Source of the DNA: Octopus bimaculoides
Taxonomy: Eukaryota
Reading direction: 5' to 3'
NCBI RefSeq assembly: GCF_001194135.2
Contig: NC_068994.1
Location: forward strand, 12,460,840 to 12,496,149
DNA: 35,310 bases
The notes under the pieces were generated by a model, which was not told the DNA's origin, did not search any database, and was given only the letters and a program-made list of their open reading frames with translations. Both the position numbers and the translations under genes were made by a program. Positions 10,321 to 21,971 of this stretch are shown in pieces; the stretch's first letter is position 1; every line of letters begins with the position of its first letter.

Positions 10321-12742
10321 TATTGTGTGTGTGTATTTTTATTATTAATAACCAGCAGAAGGTACAGAGTGACTCAAGGGCTGAGAGTTTCATGCATTCA
10401 CACTTATCTACAATTTTCTCTCTCTTTCTCATGTATATATATATGTGCACGCACACAGTGTACATATATATCTAAAGAGAAAAAGAGAGAGAGTTGTAGA
10501 TGTCTCAATAGTGACTTTGTTTGAGGTTGTATGTTGAAATTAAAGCTACTACATCTTCATAGGTAAGCCATGCTTGCCATTAAATCACATACAAAGCTGT
10601 TAAACTGTGACCTGGTCACTGACACAGTTTAATTTTGGAGTGTAACCTAACAATTTTGTGGCTTGATAAATGACTTCCACAAATTTAATTACCATATATC
10701 TAAGTGTGTGTGTGTGTGTGTGAGTTGTGTTCTTGAGCAAGACACTTTACTTCATGTTACTCCGGTTCACTCATCTGTAGAAATGAGTTGCAATGTCACT
10801 GGTACCAAGCTGTATCGGCCTTTGTCTTTCCCTTGGATGACATCGGTGGCGCGGAGAGGGGAGGCTGGTATGCATGAGCGACTGCTGATCTTACACAAAC
10901 AACTTTGCCTGGACTTGTGCCTTGGAGGGTAACTTCCTAGGTGCAATCCTATGGTCATTCATGATCGAAGTGGGCTCATTTTACCCTATATGTGTATATA
11001 TATATATGTGTGTGTGTGTGCATAGTTCTGTGTTAAAAAATTTGTTTCCCAACCACTTTCTTTTCCAGTTCTGTCCCAAAGCCATCTGAGTGGATTTGGT
11101 TAGTGGAAACTGAAGGAAGCCTACCATACATATACACACACCAAAGTACTGTCTGTATAAATGAATCTACTGCTAAAATGTTATGGTGATGGAGAGATAA
11201 TTACTAAAGTTACTGTAGCAACACAGTAGAATGTCACCACTATATGCACTGCAACTGCTACTATTACTTATAGTGTTGTAAACTACTATGATAATATAGT
11301 TACCCTGGTGATACAAGATGAAGACTTGCTAGCAGTGCTACACATTAAAGAAGTGTTTTCTATACCTCTGTATTTCAACTACCCTATGTATTTAGACAGA
11401 GAGGTGAAGTTCCACACATTACTGAGTCTGAATGCGTGCATACACTGTGTGAAGTGGAACTTGAAGGTATTCTCCAGCGTCCAATATATGTTCTACTCAG
11501 AATGCTACTGTGCTGTACATCTGCTTTCTGCACTGTCTTTTGAGAGATATTTGTTAATGAGTGGACAGGTAGCTGCTACTTTACAATTACACTTGTGCAA
11601 GTGTGAGGCAGGTTGTAACTGACTGCTGTGTTGTGGTTTAAGATCTGAGTCATTATATAACTGACACAATGGTAACTAATCTTGACTGTGTTCTTGTTAA
11701 AAATCTTACTATATTTATGTTAGGTGGAGAAGGGTTTACTCACTGGATAGGAAGCACCTTACTATGTTTATGGATACATTTAGACTATATAGTGGGTTGA
11801 ACCATATTACTTTTTTAGTATCAATTCTTTGTGTATGGGAAAAGTTAATTCTCTATATCTCACTCTATCACTAAAGCCACCCCTACAAAATGCTCTATTA
11901 TGATGGTAGAAAACAGCCCTACCAAAATTGGTTTCCTTTGTAGGACAAGTTAGAAGCACATCTACTTACATTGTCCACAGCATATTTTGAGTCATGGTTG
12001 GAACTCTTGTTGATATAGATGGTTTCCTTATTGGGCTTGCAGTAAGGGTAGAACTTATCCATGTGCATAAATTAAATTAAAAGTTATGTCTAAGTAAGTA
12101 AATATTTTAAAATTGGCATTAACAGTGACCTTGAAACCAAATTGTCACTTCCCCATTTTGTCAACATTGTCCCAACCTACCACACTTTTCCTCTCCATTG
12201 CTTCCCTCTCCCTTTTACCTTATATTTCTCTACACCTCCCCATTTTCTCTATATACCACTCCTTCCCCCTTCCTCCTCTCCTTCCCCCTCTCCTTCCCCT
12301 TNNNNNNNNNNNNNNNNNNNNNNNNNNNNNNNNNNNNNNNNNNNNNNNNNNNNNNNNNNNNNNNNNNNNNNNNNNNNNNNNNNNNNNNNNNNNNNNNNNN
12401 NNNNNNNNNNNNNNNNNNNNNNNNNNNNNNNNNNNNNNNNNNNNNNNNNNNNNNNNNNNNNNNNNNNNNNNNNNNNNNNNNNNNNNNNNNNNNNNNNNNN
12501 NNNNNNNNNNNNNNNNNNNNNNNNNNNNNNNNNNNNNNNNNNNNNNNNNNNNNNNNNNNNNNNNNNNNNNNNNNNNNNNNNNNNNNNNNNNNNNNNNNNN
12601 NNNNNNNNNNNNNNNNNNNNNNNNNNNNNNNNNNNNNNNTCTCCTCCCCACCCTTATACTTCCTACATGTTTGTATGATTTCTGTATTAAAACTATGTCC
12701 TCTACTCACCCATACACTACACACCTCACCATCAATCCACAG

Positions 12743-12887
12743 GTGCGGAATACTTTGACCCCATCCAACTACAAGGTATTTTCCAAAGCCATGGCCAATT
12801 ACAAAAGGACAGAAGATCTGAAGAGCCTCATGGTTGTCCTTGCTGACCTCTTCACAGCCAGTACTGACCACTACATATTGCTCAGAA
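12743..12887 (+). CDS. RTEL1: RTEL1 exon, harmonin-N-like domain (HHD1) core, phase 0-1
   Basis: Acceptor atccacag|, donor A|gtaagt, 145 nt. VRNTLTPSNYKVFSKAMANYKRTEDLKSLMVVLADLFTASTDHYILLR aligns by eye with human [48 protein letters not shown]. Confidence 0.9.
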
Positions 12888-13102
12888 GTAAGTGGGTTTT
12901 CTTATATCTGCTCACTTACACATATGCATATCTAAACACATACAGACTCAGGCACACACATACACATATACTAACAATAAGTACATACAAAACACACACA
13001 TAAGCATGCATATACATATGTATACATACACACATAGATATAAGCATACAACACATATTAAGACATACTTATAAAAACACATATGTATAGATATATATAG
13101 TA

Positions 13103-13318
13103 ATGGGGGTGCCGAAAAATTCCTGGCTTTGAGTGAAAGAAAATACAGGAGGATCCATTAATTATGATTTTAGTCAACATATTCTCCTCTCAGATTCACA
13201 CACTTATTGCAGCAGTCCTTCAGTTTTTCTAAACCCTGTAAAAGAACTTGGAATGTTGGGCCTCCAATCAAGCCTTTCGGGATACCCTTAAAGACAGGAA
13301 CTTTTCAGTACCTGCTCA
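13103..13318 (-). mobile_element. Mariner-derived MITE copy 2
   Basis: Same TIRs and internal sequence as 10081-10320 in the opposite orientation. TA at 13101-13102 and 13319-13320. Confidence 0.8.
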
Positions 13319-13370
13319 TATATTCACATGCATTCGTAAGCACATATTTTTATACATTCATTCACATACA

Positions 13371-14567
13371 CGAGGGTTGGCTGAAAGTTCATAGGCTGAC
13401 CAAGTGAGGGTAAATTTTTCAACATAGGCCCTTCCTTGCAGTCCACACATGTCTTCCAGTGGTGTTGCAGTGCTTGGATCCCTTTGGTAAAGAAGCTTTC
13501 ATCCTATTGGTCCAAAAGTCAACAGCAGATATGACATCATCATCATCATCACTGCAAACATGAGTTCCAAGCACAGTGTTTTTTCATGTTAGAGAACAGA
13601 TGATAGTCAGATGGAGTCAAATCAGGACAATAAGGTGACTGATCAACCAGTTCAAAACCACAGTCCACACACTGCAGCCGTTGAAAGCAAGGATTTGTGA
13701 GCTGGAACATTATCCTCATGAGACAGGATCCCTTTCATCAGTTTTCCTGAGCATTTGGTCTTGATAGCCTTTCATAACTGCCTCAGCAAGTTGGCATAGT
13801 ATTCTCCATTGATGGTATGACCCTTTTGAAGTTAGTCAATAAATACAATGCCTTTTGCATCCCAAGATACTGAGGCCTTTTCCTTCTCTGCAGATGAAAT
13901 GACCTTGGCCTTCATTGGAGCAAGTGAGCAGGGTTATTTCCACTGCATGGATTGTCTTTTTGTCTCTGGCTCAAAGTGATGAAACCAACACTCATCCTGG
14001 GTTAGGAAACATTCAAGGAAACCAACTGGATCTGCCTCAAACCATATTAGAATTTCCTGTGATGTGATCAGTCTGGTGCACTTTTCATCAGGTGTCAGAT
14101 GTGGCACCCCAGAAACGTTTACCTTTAGTGCAGAACATTCTGAACTCTCTCACAGGATACACCAATAGTGTTGGCTATTTGATTTATAGTCTGTTGCTTG
14201 TTATCAATCACCATGTAGTGAACATGATCAATGTTTTCCTTGGTGGTGACAGTTGCAGATGTCCAGGCCTTGGGTCATCTTCAAGGCTCTCTGTTCTCCT
14301 AATGTAGCAACCATTTCAGCATGAAAGTCCTTGGAGGTGAAACCCCTTTTTTTCTGTTGGTAAATGAAAACACCACAGTGCCAAATTTTGTCCATTTTCA
14401 AGAGAAGTTGCTGCTACTAGTTACTTTTGAAGTCGTCTTTGAGGTGTCTACTTTGAAAGAAACAATGTAGTTATTAATGAGAAGAGTTGAAATTAATGCA
14501 TGCAAGATTTCACAGCTCTAGCATCACTCCTTCATAATCGGCCTATGAACATTTTGTTCCACCCTCC
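13371..14567 (-). mobile_element. Near-full-length decayed mariner (DD34D) transposon
   Basis: TIRs cgagggttggctgaaagttcataggctga and tcggcctatgaacattttgttccaccctc. ATG at 14395 (MDKIWH..). Motifs LTQDECWFHHFEPETKRQSMQW, KGHTINGEYYANLLRQL, HEDNVPAH, PYCPDLTPSDYHLF; contains stops and deletions. Confidence 0.9.
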
Positions 14568-14854
14568 CAGACACCAACCTAAAATCAAATGCTATACTCA
14601 AGGGCACGTCATACCACACATTCTGGGAATCGAACTCACAACCTAGTGATCATGAATCTAACATCCTAACCACAAGCTCACTATCCTTTACAAAATGCAT
14701 ATATATGTGTGTGTGTGTCTGTGTGGTTCAAAAGCTCACTTGGCCATCATATGATTTCAGGTTCAGTCCCACTACACAGCACTTTGAGCAAATGTCTTCT
14801 ACTATGGCATCTAACCAAGTGAATTTGTGAGATGGGTACTGTGTGGAAGCCTAT

Positions 14855-14885
<31 letters not shown>

Positions 14886-15127
14886 CTATTTATGTATATA
14901 TATTTTACTTGAATGAAGCCATGCTGGAGCATCACTTTGAAGAGATTTTAGCTGAACAAATTGATCCCAGGGCTTTTTTTTTTATTGAAACCTGGTGCTT
15001 ATTCTATTGGTACCAAGCCACTAAGTTACAGGGACATAAACACACAAACACTGGTTCTCAAGCAGTGGTGGGGGACAAATACAGACACAAAGGCAAACAC
15101 ACATAGATATACATATATATTATATAC

Positions 15128-15160
<33 letters not shown>

Positions 15161-15170
15161 NNNNNNNNNN

Positions 15171-15217
<47 letters not shown>

Positions 15218-15297
15218 CAACAAAAGAATGAAAGAGATCTCGATATTATGTAAATAGAGGAATTTATCTGTAATATAATATGTGACAATTATTCGGT

Positions 15298-15368
15298 TGC
15301 CATGATAAAATTCCAAGTTTCGAATGTTGAGGCAGAAACCTACGCCGCCATCTCTTCAGTTATCAGGC
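15298..15368 (-). ncRNA. Second, more decayed hammerhead fold in the left arm
   Basis: Minus strand GCCUGAUAA-CUGAAGA-GAUGGCGG...CUGCC..CAUU-C-GAAAC-UUGGA-AUU-UUAUCAUGGC. Stem III C-G pair is lost (AUU triplet). Confidence 0.55.
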
Positions 15369-15635
15369 CATCGAAAAAAATGCTATGAAAATGACCAATG
15401 AAAGTTACCTCCTGTACTCCACTATTTTTCCGTAAGGGCTAATACAGCTTATTTTTGGAAAGTCGCCAGAAATCGGTTGAGGGCTCTGCCCCGCAGAAGA
15501 ATTCAATATGGACACCTACTACATCGATTATTCTATGGAAAACATACCTATACCATCAAGGGAACTATACTCTAAGAAACTTTTGGAGAAAAGTACAGTT
15601 TTAAAAGGGTCATTTTCATAGCATTCTTTACGATG

Positions 15636-15705
15636 GCCCGATAACTGAAGAGATGGTGGCGTGGGTTTCCGCCCCGACATCCGAAACACGGAGTTTTATC
15701 ATGGC
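15636..15705 (+). ncRNA. Type I hammerhead ribozyme fold in the right arm
   Basis: Stem I GAUAA(15640-44)/UUAUC(15696-700). Core CUGAAGA (15645-51). Stem II GAUG..CAUC with inner GGUGG/CCGCC, one extra C, then GAAA (15683-86). Stem III AC/GU with loop ACGGA. Cleavage triplet GUU (15693-95). Confidence 0.72.
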
Positions 15706-16340
15706 TACCAAATAATTGTCACATATTGTATTTACAGATATATATATATCTCTGTGTGTGTCTTTCTGTTTGTATTTGTTTCTCACCACTGCTTGACAAC
15801 CCGTGTATATGTCCCTGTAACTTAGCAGTTTGGCAAAAGGACACTTGTCCAAGGTGCCGTGCTGTGGGACTGTACCCAGACTATGTGGTTTGAAGCAAGC
15901 TTCTTTCCATACATCCACGCCTATACCTATATATATATATGTAGATATATGTATGTATGTTTCTCTGTTTGTATTTGTCCCCGACCACCACTTTTCAACT
16001 AGTATTAGCTTGTTCGCGTCCCTATAACTTAGCAGTTCAGCAAAAAGAGACTGATGGAATATTTTGGCTTTAAAAGAAGAATAAGTAATAGTGTAGATTT
16101 TTTTAATCGTTTTTTTTTATATTATGGATTAAAGCCCCAGCATGGCCGCAGTTCAATGATTGAAACCAGTAAAAGACATACACAGGCATGGCTGTGTGGT
16201 AAGAATCTAGCTTACCAACCACATGGTCCCGGTTTCAGTCCCACTGCGTGGCTCTTTTGTACAAGTACTTCCTACTATAGCCTTGAATGACCAAAACTTT
16301 GTGAGTGGATTTGGTAGACAGAAACTGAAAGAAGCCTGTC

Positions 16341-16385
<45 letters not shown>

Positions 16386-16579
16386 CTGTGTTTGTCCTCC
16401 TGCCATTGCTTGACGACTGATGCTGAGGTATGTCCCTGTAACTTAACAGTTCGGCAAAAGAGACTGATAGATTAAGTACTAGCTTTACTAAGAATAAATT
16501 TCTATGATTATAACCCTTTAAGGTGGTGCTCCAGCATGGACGCAGTCAAATGACTGAAACAAGTAAAAGAATAAACGAA

Positions 16580-16740
16580 TATATCCATTGGGCTTCCACA
16601 CAGTTTCCATATTCGAAATTCACTCCCAGCATTATTTCTCTATGGTAGAAAATGCCTTCACAAGGTGCCATGCAGTGGGACTGAACCTGAAACCACATGG
16701 TTTGGGAAATGAGCTTCTTAACCTACATGCCTGCGCCTGT
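16580..16740 (-). mobile_element. tRNA-head SINE immediately upstream of RTEL1 exon 16774
   Basis: Minus: caggcgcaggcatgtaggttaagaagctcatttcccaaaccatgtggtttcaggttcagtcccactgcatggcacctt (A/B-box-like head). Same family at 1795-1932, 11020-11125, 14710-14850, 16185-16340, 19405-19570, 28377-28420, 31357-31450. Confidence 0.8.
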
Positions 16741-16773
16741 GTATCTCTGTGTAATCCTTTTGTTCTTTTGCAG

Positions 16774-16902
16774 TGTTCTACAAATTTATCCGTCCCAAAC
16801 ATCAAAGACAGTTCAACCAATTCTGTGTTGACATCACTGGAATGGGTTGTGACTTCAAGCCAGAGCATACCATTGGAAGAATCTTGATCTGCGATGCCAA
16901 CC
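16774..16902 (+). CDS. RTEL1: RTEL1 exon, end of HHD1, phase 1-1
   Basis: Acceptor tccttttgttcttttgcag|, donor C|gtaagt, 129 nt. (M)FYKFIRPKHQRQFNQFCVDITGMGCDFKPEHTIGRILICDAN matches human [36 protein letters not shown]. Phase is compatible with the previous exon. Confidence 0.92.
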
Positions 16903-16974
16903 GTAAGTAGATTTGTCACAGAATTTTGATGTTTTTGCCATTAGGCCTTTTTTTCTTTTTCTTTTATCTTGTAG

Positions 16975-17080
16975 GTACAGGCATGACTGTTTGGTTAAGA
17001 AGTTTACTTCCCAAGAACATAGTTTTGGGTTCAGTCCCACTGCATGGCACCTTGGACAAGTGTCTTCTACTATAGCCCCA
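16975..17080 (+). mobile_element. tRNA-head SINE immediately downstream of RTEL1 exon 16774-16902
   Basis: gtacaggcatgactgtttggttaagaagtttacttcccaag...ggttcagtcccactgcatggcaccttggacaagtgtcttctactatagccc. Confidence 0.8.
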
Positions 17081-17380
17081 GTTGCTGAGTCTCACTACTC
17101 ACAAGACTCTCCTCATGAATATTTTTCCTTATAACATTTTTGCAATTTAACAAATGGCTTCCTTAAAGTTTACATAATATATTCATCTAAGTTTTTAAAA
17201 ATATATTTATCTAAGTTTTTAAAAATATATTTACAAACTAAAAAAGAATAAAAAGATAGATTAAAAAGCCAGCCAAAGCCTTCTAAGAGAATTTGGTAAA
17301 CGGAAACTAACCACCGTGTGTGTGTGTGTGTGCTTATGGTTATCTCCCCTTGACATCGTGTAATGTTGGAAATGGATGAA

Positions 17381-18630
17381 TCAGGTTCAGTAAAAAGTAA
17401 GCAACGTTTTGAACAATGAAGAATTTGTTCCAGATTTTTGCAGAGTTCTGAATTGTCTTCAAAATTTTTTTTGCATTTGTCTGATAATACAGACATAGAC
17501 TTGCCCAAATGTATCAATAAATTAACATTGATATTTTTTTCACCATTGTTATTAATCATCTGAAATGGAACTGTCAAAGAGCAGTATTCGAGCAATTTTG
17601 CTATTCAACATCAAGAAAGGATGTAAAGCAGTTGAAGCTGCTTGCAATATCAATGAAACGTTTGGTAAGGAAATGACCAGTGAGTGGTCAGCTTGAAAAT
17701 GGTTTAAATGATGTTGCAGTAGAGACGTGAGCATAGTGGACCCCCCATCTGTCATCGAAAGATCCACGTAAAACCACTCTAGAACTGGCAAAGAACTTCA
17801 AATTAGCCAGAAAACTGCCTGCAACCATTAGTTTGTGATCAGAAAATCAAAAAAAGCTCAACAAATGGGTACTACATGATTTGAATGACAATCAGAAAAT
17901 GCACAGATATGAAATTTGCTTGTCACTTCTTCTCTGTAACCAGACCAATCCATTTCTCGACCGTATTGTAACTTGTAATGAAAAGTGGATTCTGTACAAT
18001 AATAAAAAAACGTTCTTCACAGTGGTTGGACCAAAATGAAGCACGAAAAACCTTCCCTAAACCCAAGCTCTTCACAAAGAAGGTTATAGTGACTGTTTGG
18101 TGGTGTACTGCTGGACTCATCCACTACAACTTGTAGTGGACTCATCCACTACAATGGAAAAACTACTACAGAAACATATTGCCATGAAATTGCCAAAATG
18201 AACGGAAAACTGCTACTCCTCCGTCCGAGACTGGTCAACAGAAGAGGGCCAATCATTCTTCATGACAATGCTGGACCACACGTTTTGCTAATGATGATCC
18301 AAAAGTTGAGGAAACTTGGCTACAAAGTTCTCCCCCACCCAGCTTATTCCCCAGTCCTTTCTCCTACCAACTACCACTTTTGCAAGCACTTTGATGGTTT
18401 CCTGCGAGAGAAGGAGATCAAAAATCAAACCGATGCTGAAAGTGCGTTCAAAGGGTTCATCAGCTCCAGAACTCCAGGTTTTTATGTTACCCAAATAAAT
18501 AAACTTGTAACTCGTTGGCAAAAATGTGTTGATTGTAATGGTACTTTGATGAATAAAATTTCCTCATTGTTGAAATATATTGTGATGAATTTCATGTTTC
18601 AAAACGTTGCTTACTCTTTACTCAGCCTGA
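17381..18630 (+). mobile_element. Full-length decayed mariner (DD34D, HSMAR1/cecropia-like) transposon
   Basis: ~32-bp TIRs tcaggttcagtaaaaagtaagcaacgttttga and tcaaaacgttgcttactctttactcagcctga, followed by TA. ATG at 17565 (MELSKSSIRAILLF..). Motifs VTCNEKWILYNN, LHDNAGPH, HPAYSPVLSPTNYHF, RWQKCVDCNG; contains stops and frameshifts. Confidence 0.93.
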
Positions 18631-19593
18631 TAATTCATTTTCAATATTCTGCGATAATAAGGCGGCAAGAACCTTAAAACACTAGGGAAAATACTTAGCA
18701 GTATTTCATCTGTCTTTATGTTTTGAGTTCTAATTCCACCAAGATCAACTTTGCCTTTCATGTTTTCATAGTCAATAAAATAAGTACCAGTTGAGCACTG
18801 TGAGTCGAGGTAATTGATTTACCCACTCCCTCGAAATTACAGGCCTCGTGCCAAAATTTGAAACCAATATCCTGCAATAATATGTTTGACCATGGGGAAA
18901 TATTATCTTGCTTAGAAACAGGTGAGGATTGGTGACAGGAAGGGTATCCAGCCATAGAAAATCTGCTTCAATAAACTGTCCGACCTATGCAAACATAGAA
19001 AAGTGAACATTAAAATTATGATAGTAATTTATTTCTTTGTTTAACACCTGTCAAAGCATCATCATCGTTTAATGTCCGCTTTCCATGCTGACATGGGCTG
19101 GACAGTTTGACATAGAGCTGGCTAGCAGAAAGCTGTCTGGACTCCAATTGTATGTTGTGGCATGGTTTCTATAGCTGGATGCCCTTCCTAATGCCTACCT
19201 AAGTACACAGCATGTAGATTTATGTCTACATGAAAGGAGACAACAAAAGGATATAGAGTACCTGACACTCAGGTAATGTTGGCAAGTTAAGCATGGACTG
19301 GGCTATTTATTGTCAGCAGAAATCAACCTCAGGTGCCAAATACAAGTACTACCTTGGACTGGATTTCAATTTTTTTCAGCCGACATCTTCATAGAATTCT
19401 TAGCACAGGCACAGGTGTGGATGTGTGGTAAGAAGCTTGCTTCCCAACCACATGGTTCTGCATTCATTCCCACTGCATGGCACCTTGGGAAAGTGTCTTC
19501 TACTAAAGCCTTAGGATGACCAAAGTCTTGTGAATGGATTTAGTAGATGGAAACTGAAAGAGGCCCATTGTGTATATATATATATATATATAT

Positions 19594-20346
19594 NNNNNNN
19601 NNNNNNNNNNNNNNNNNNNNNNNNNNNNNNNNNNNNNNNNNNNNNNNNNNNNNNNNNNNNNNNNNNNNNNNNNNNNNNNNNNNNNNNNNNNNNNNNNNNN
19701 NNNNNNNNNNNNNNNNNNNNNNNNNNNNNNNNNNNNNNNNNNNNNNNNNNNNNNNNNNNNNNNNNNNNNNNNNNNNNNNNNNNNNNNNNNNNNNNNNNNN
19801 NNNNNNNNNNNNNNNNNNNNNNNNNNNNNNNNNNNNNNNNNNNNNNNNNNNNNNNNNNNNNNNNNNNNNNNNNNNNNNNNNNNNNNNNNNNNNNNNNNNN
19901 NNNNNNNNNNNNNNNNNNNNNNNNNNNNNNNNNNNNNNNNNNNNNNNNNNNNNNNNNNNNNNNNNNNNNNNNNNNNNNNNNNNNNNNNNNNNNNNNNNNN
20001 NNNNNNNNNNNNNNNNNNNNNNNNNNNNNNNNNNNNNNNNNNNNNNNNNNNNNNNNNNNNNNNNNNNNNNNNNNNNNNNNNNNNNNNNNNNNNNNNNNNN
20101 NNNNNNNNNNNNNNNNNNNNNNNNNNNNNNNNNNNNNNNNNNNNNNNNNNNNNNNNNNNNNNNNNNNNNNNNNNNNNNNNNNNNNNNNNNNNNNNNNNNN
20201 NNNNNNNNNNNNNNNNNNNNNNNNNNNNNNNNNNNNNNNNNNNNNNNNNNNNNNNNNNNNNNNNNNNNNNNNNNNNNNNNNNNNNNNNNNNNNNNNNNNN
20301 NNNNNNNNNNNNNNNNNNNNNNNNNNNNNNNNNNNNNNNNNNNNNN
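19594..20346. other. Assembly gap (largest). Others: 3211-3543, 4329-4338, 10157-10172, 12302-12639, 15161-15170, 22414-22908, 28421-28520, 29680-29869, 31714-31849, 32458-32502
   Basis: Runs of N; additional exons could be hidden in them. Confidence 1.
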
Positions 20347-20619
20347 ATTCTAGCAGCTACACTTTCAGCGCACCCACCCCCACTACTAACTTGGTCGCCC
20401 AGATAGCGGAAGCTATCGACTACCTCTAGTTTTTCACCCTGGAATGAGATAGAAGTCGTTTCCTGTTTGTTTACAGTCTTTATTGCACCTGAACATCTGC
20501 CACAAACAAAAACTAACTTGCTAGTTAACCTGCCTTTGATGTTGCTGTACCTCTTATGTGTCCATAGCTTGCACCGGGTACATCTTATAGAGTTACTACC
20601 TACTCCTTTTCTACATACT
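20347..20619 (-). mobile_element. RTE LINE ORF2 fragment (same family as 24788-26343), truncated by gap
   Basis: CRKGVGSNSIRCTRCKLWTHKRYSNIKGRLTSKLVFVCGRCSG...EKLEVVDSFRYLGDQVSSGGGCAESVAAR. Confidence 0.9.
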
Positions 20620-20827
20620 ATATATGTATATATATGTGTGTGTGTGTATGTATATATCTGTGTGTATGTCTTTGTGTACATGTTTGCATCCCTGGAACCT
20701 TGTGGTTTGGCAAAAGAGATTGATATAATAAGTATAATAAGCATTAGGGTTGACTAATTTGGTTAAAAATTCAAAGCGTTGCCCCAGCATAGCTGCATTC
20801 TAATGACCAAAACAAATAAAAGATCAC

Positions 20828-20859
<32 letters not shown>

Positions 20860-21283
20860 CTACTTTTCCATGCTTGCATGTGTTGTACAGAGCTTATTGA
20901 TGCAGATTTTACTTCAGCCAGGTGCCCTTCCTGTCACCAACCCTTACTTGTTTCGAGCAAGGTAATATTTGTTATTGTGTGCCAGATCAACCCAGTCTGA
21001 GCAGACACCTATGGTCAAAGGCATGTCATACGTGACCATTTCATCTGTTTTTCTTTGACAGGTTTTAATTTAGATCACTTTAAAACCGGTTTGTATCAAA
21101 GGACCAAGGGTTGTCTCAGGTTGGTTGGTATCAAAAGAGTTAAGATAGTCAGATTTGAAAGGGAGATTTGGTTGCTATTTCTAGCAGAGGCTCCTTCATT
21201 GGGATGAGGTATATGTAATAAACTTATAGTGTACAATGTTCAGATGATGCCAAAAGTGCGTGGACAGTGAATGAGTCATTTAA

Positions 21284-21479
21284 CCTTTTAGCATTCAAAC
21301 TGACCATATCCAGCCGAAATATTCTTCCTGTTTTATATCTAAACGGGCCAAATCTGGTTCCTCACGCGAACCCTACAATATCATTCTAATAATTAACCAT
21401 TACCTCATCAAAATTTCAAAGCTATGAGATAATGTGTAAACTTTGCTCATTCATTATGTATTTTTTTAATGCTAAAGGG
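21284..21479. mobile_element. piggyBac-like MITE; related pieces at 27571-27660 and 28108-28370
   Basis: TTAA-ccttttagcatt ... aatgctaaaggg-tt terminal inverted repeats; homologous internal sequence at 28200-28370. Confidence 0.65.
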
Positions 21480-21971
21480 TTGGAAAGTGTGAGCATCAGG
21501 TGTACTGCTGGCTGGCAAATTTCATAAAGCATGGAAGTTTTGAAGGATCTCCTATCTTGACAACTAACAACTGATGGAGATAATTGCTTCAGCAATTCTG
21601 ACTGAAAGAATGTTTTTGAAAGTCATGGGTGTTGTGTTGTTCTTTTGGTTTTGTAAGCATGTCCATGAGCGTTAGATGTATGGAATTCAAAAAGGTGCCC
21701 AAGGTTGTTGTTGGATAGATGGTGAATAATCTTGTGGGTATCTACCAAGCCAGTTGCCAGATGTTGGGGCTTTAATGTGTCCATGCCCTGGGGAAGTAAG
21801 ACATTCAGAGTATGGTCGGTGCCTGACAGCAGTTATTCAGAAATGGTTGCACATTTCTGAACAGTTTTCAGGAGATCGATATTCTGAGCAAGATAGATGT
21901 TATTGATATTTGATGTTTGGAAAAGTTCTGAGAGGATTCTTTAAATAATAGTTGTTTATTATTCTATGCAG

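Larger units (their letters stand above)
15266..15739 (+). mobile_element. Non-autonomous mini Penelope-like element with inverted ~131-bp pLTR arms
   Basis: Arms 15266-15396 and 15608-15739 are reverse complements (~88% by eye). The spacer holds a GTAAG...CAG 65-nt intron-like segment (15432-15496) and ATG 15508 MDTYYIDYSMENIPIPSRELYSKKLLEK (Penelope N-terminal motif). Confidence 0.8.

Noticed and set aside
11308-11622. 104-aa ORF and an imperfect hairpin (aagttccac 11407-11415 / gtggaactt 11454-11462) in unique intronic DNA
   Set aside because: No recognisable motif, non-ATG start, and only ~13 bp of pairing, too weak for a pre-miRNA call.
12170-12301. Polypyrimidine (CCTT/CT) tract as an H-DNA or G4 element
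   Set aside because: Low-complexity sequence truncated by a gap and common in such genomes; nothing specific can be supported.
18198-18677. 159-aa ORF as a domesticated SETMAR-like gene
   Set aside because: It lies within a TIR-bounded mariner whose upstream part has stops and frameshifts, and the catalytic Asp residues are mutated (CNEKW, PTNY).
19503-20744. Long ORFs of 140-413 aa at 3115-3655, 12113-13003, 19503-20744, 21952-23141, 29332-29972
   Set aside because: Their length comes from N-gaps. The only meaningful parts are the RTEL1 exon and RTE fragment called separately.
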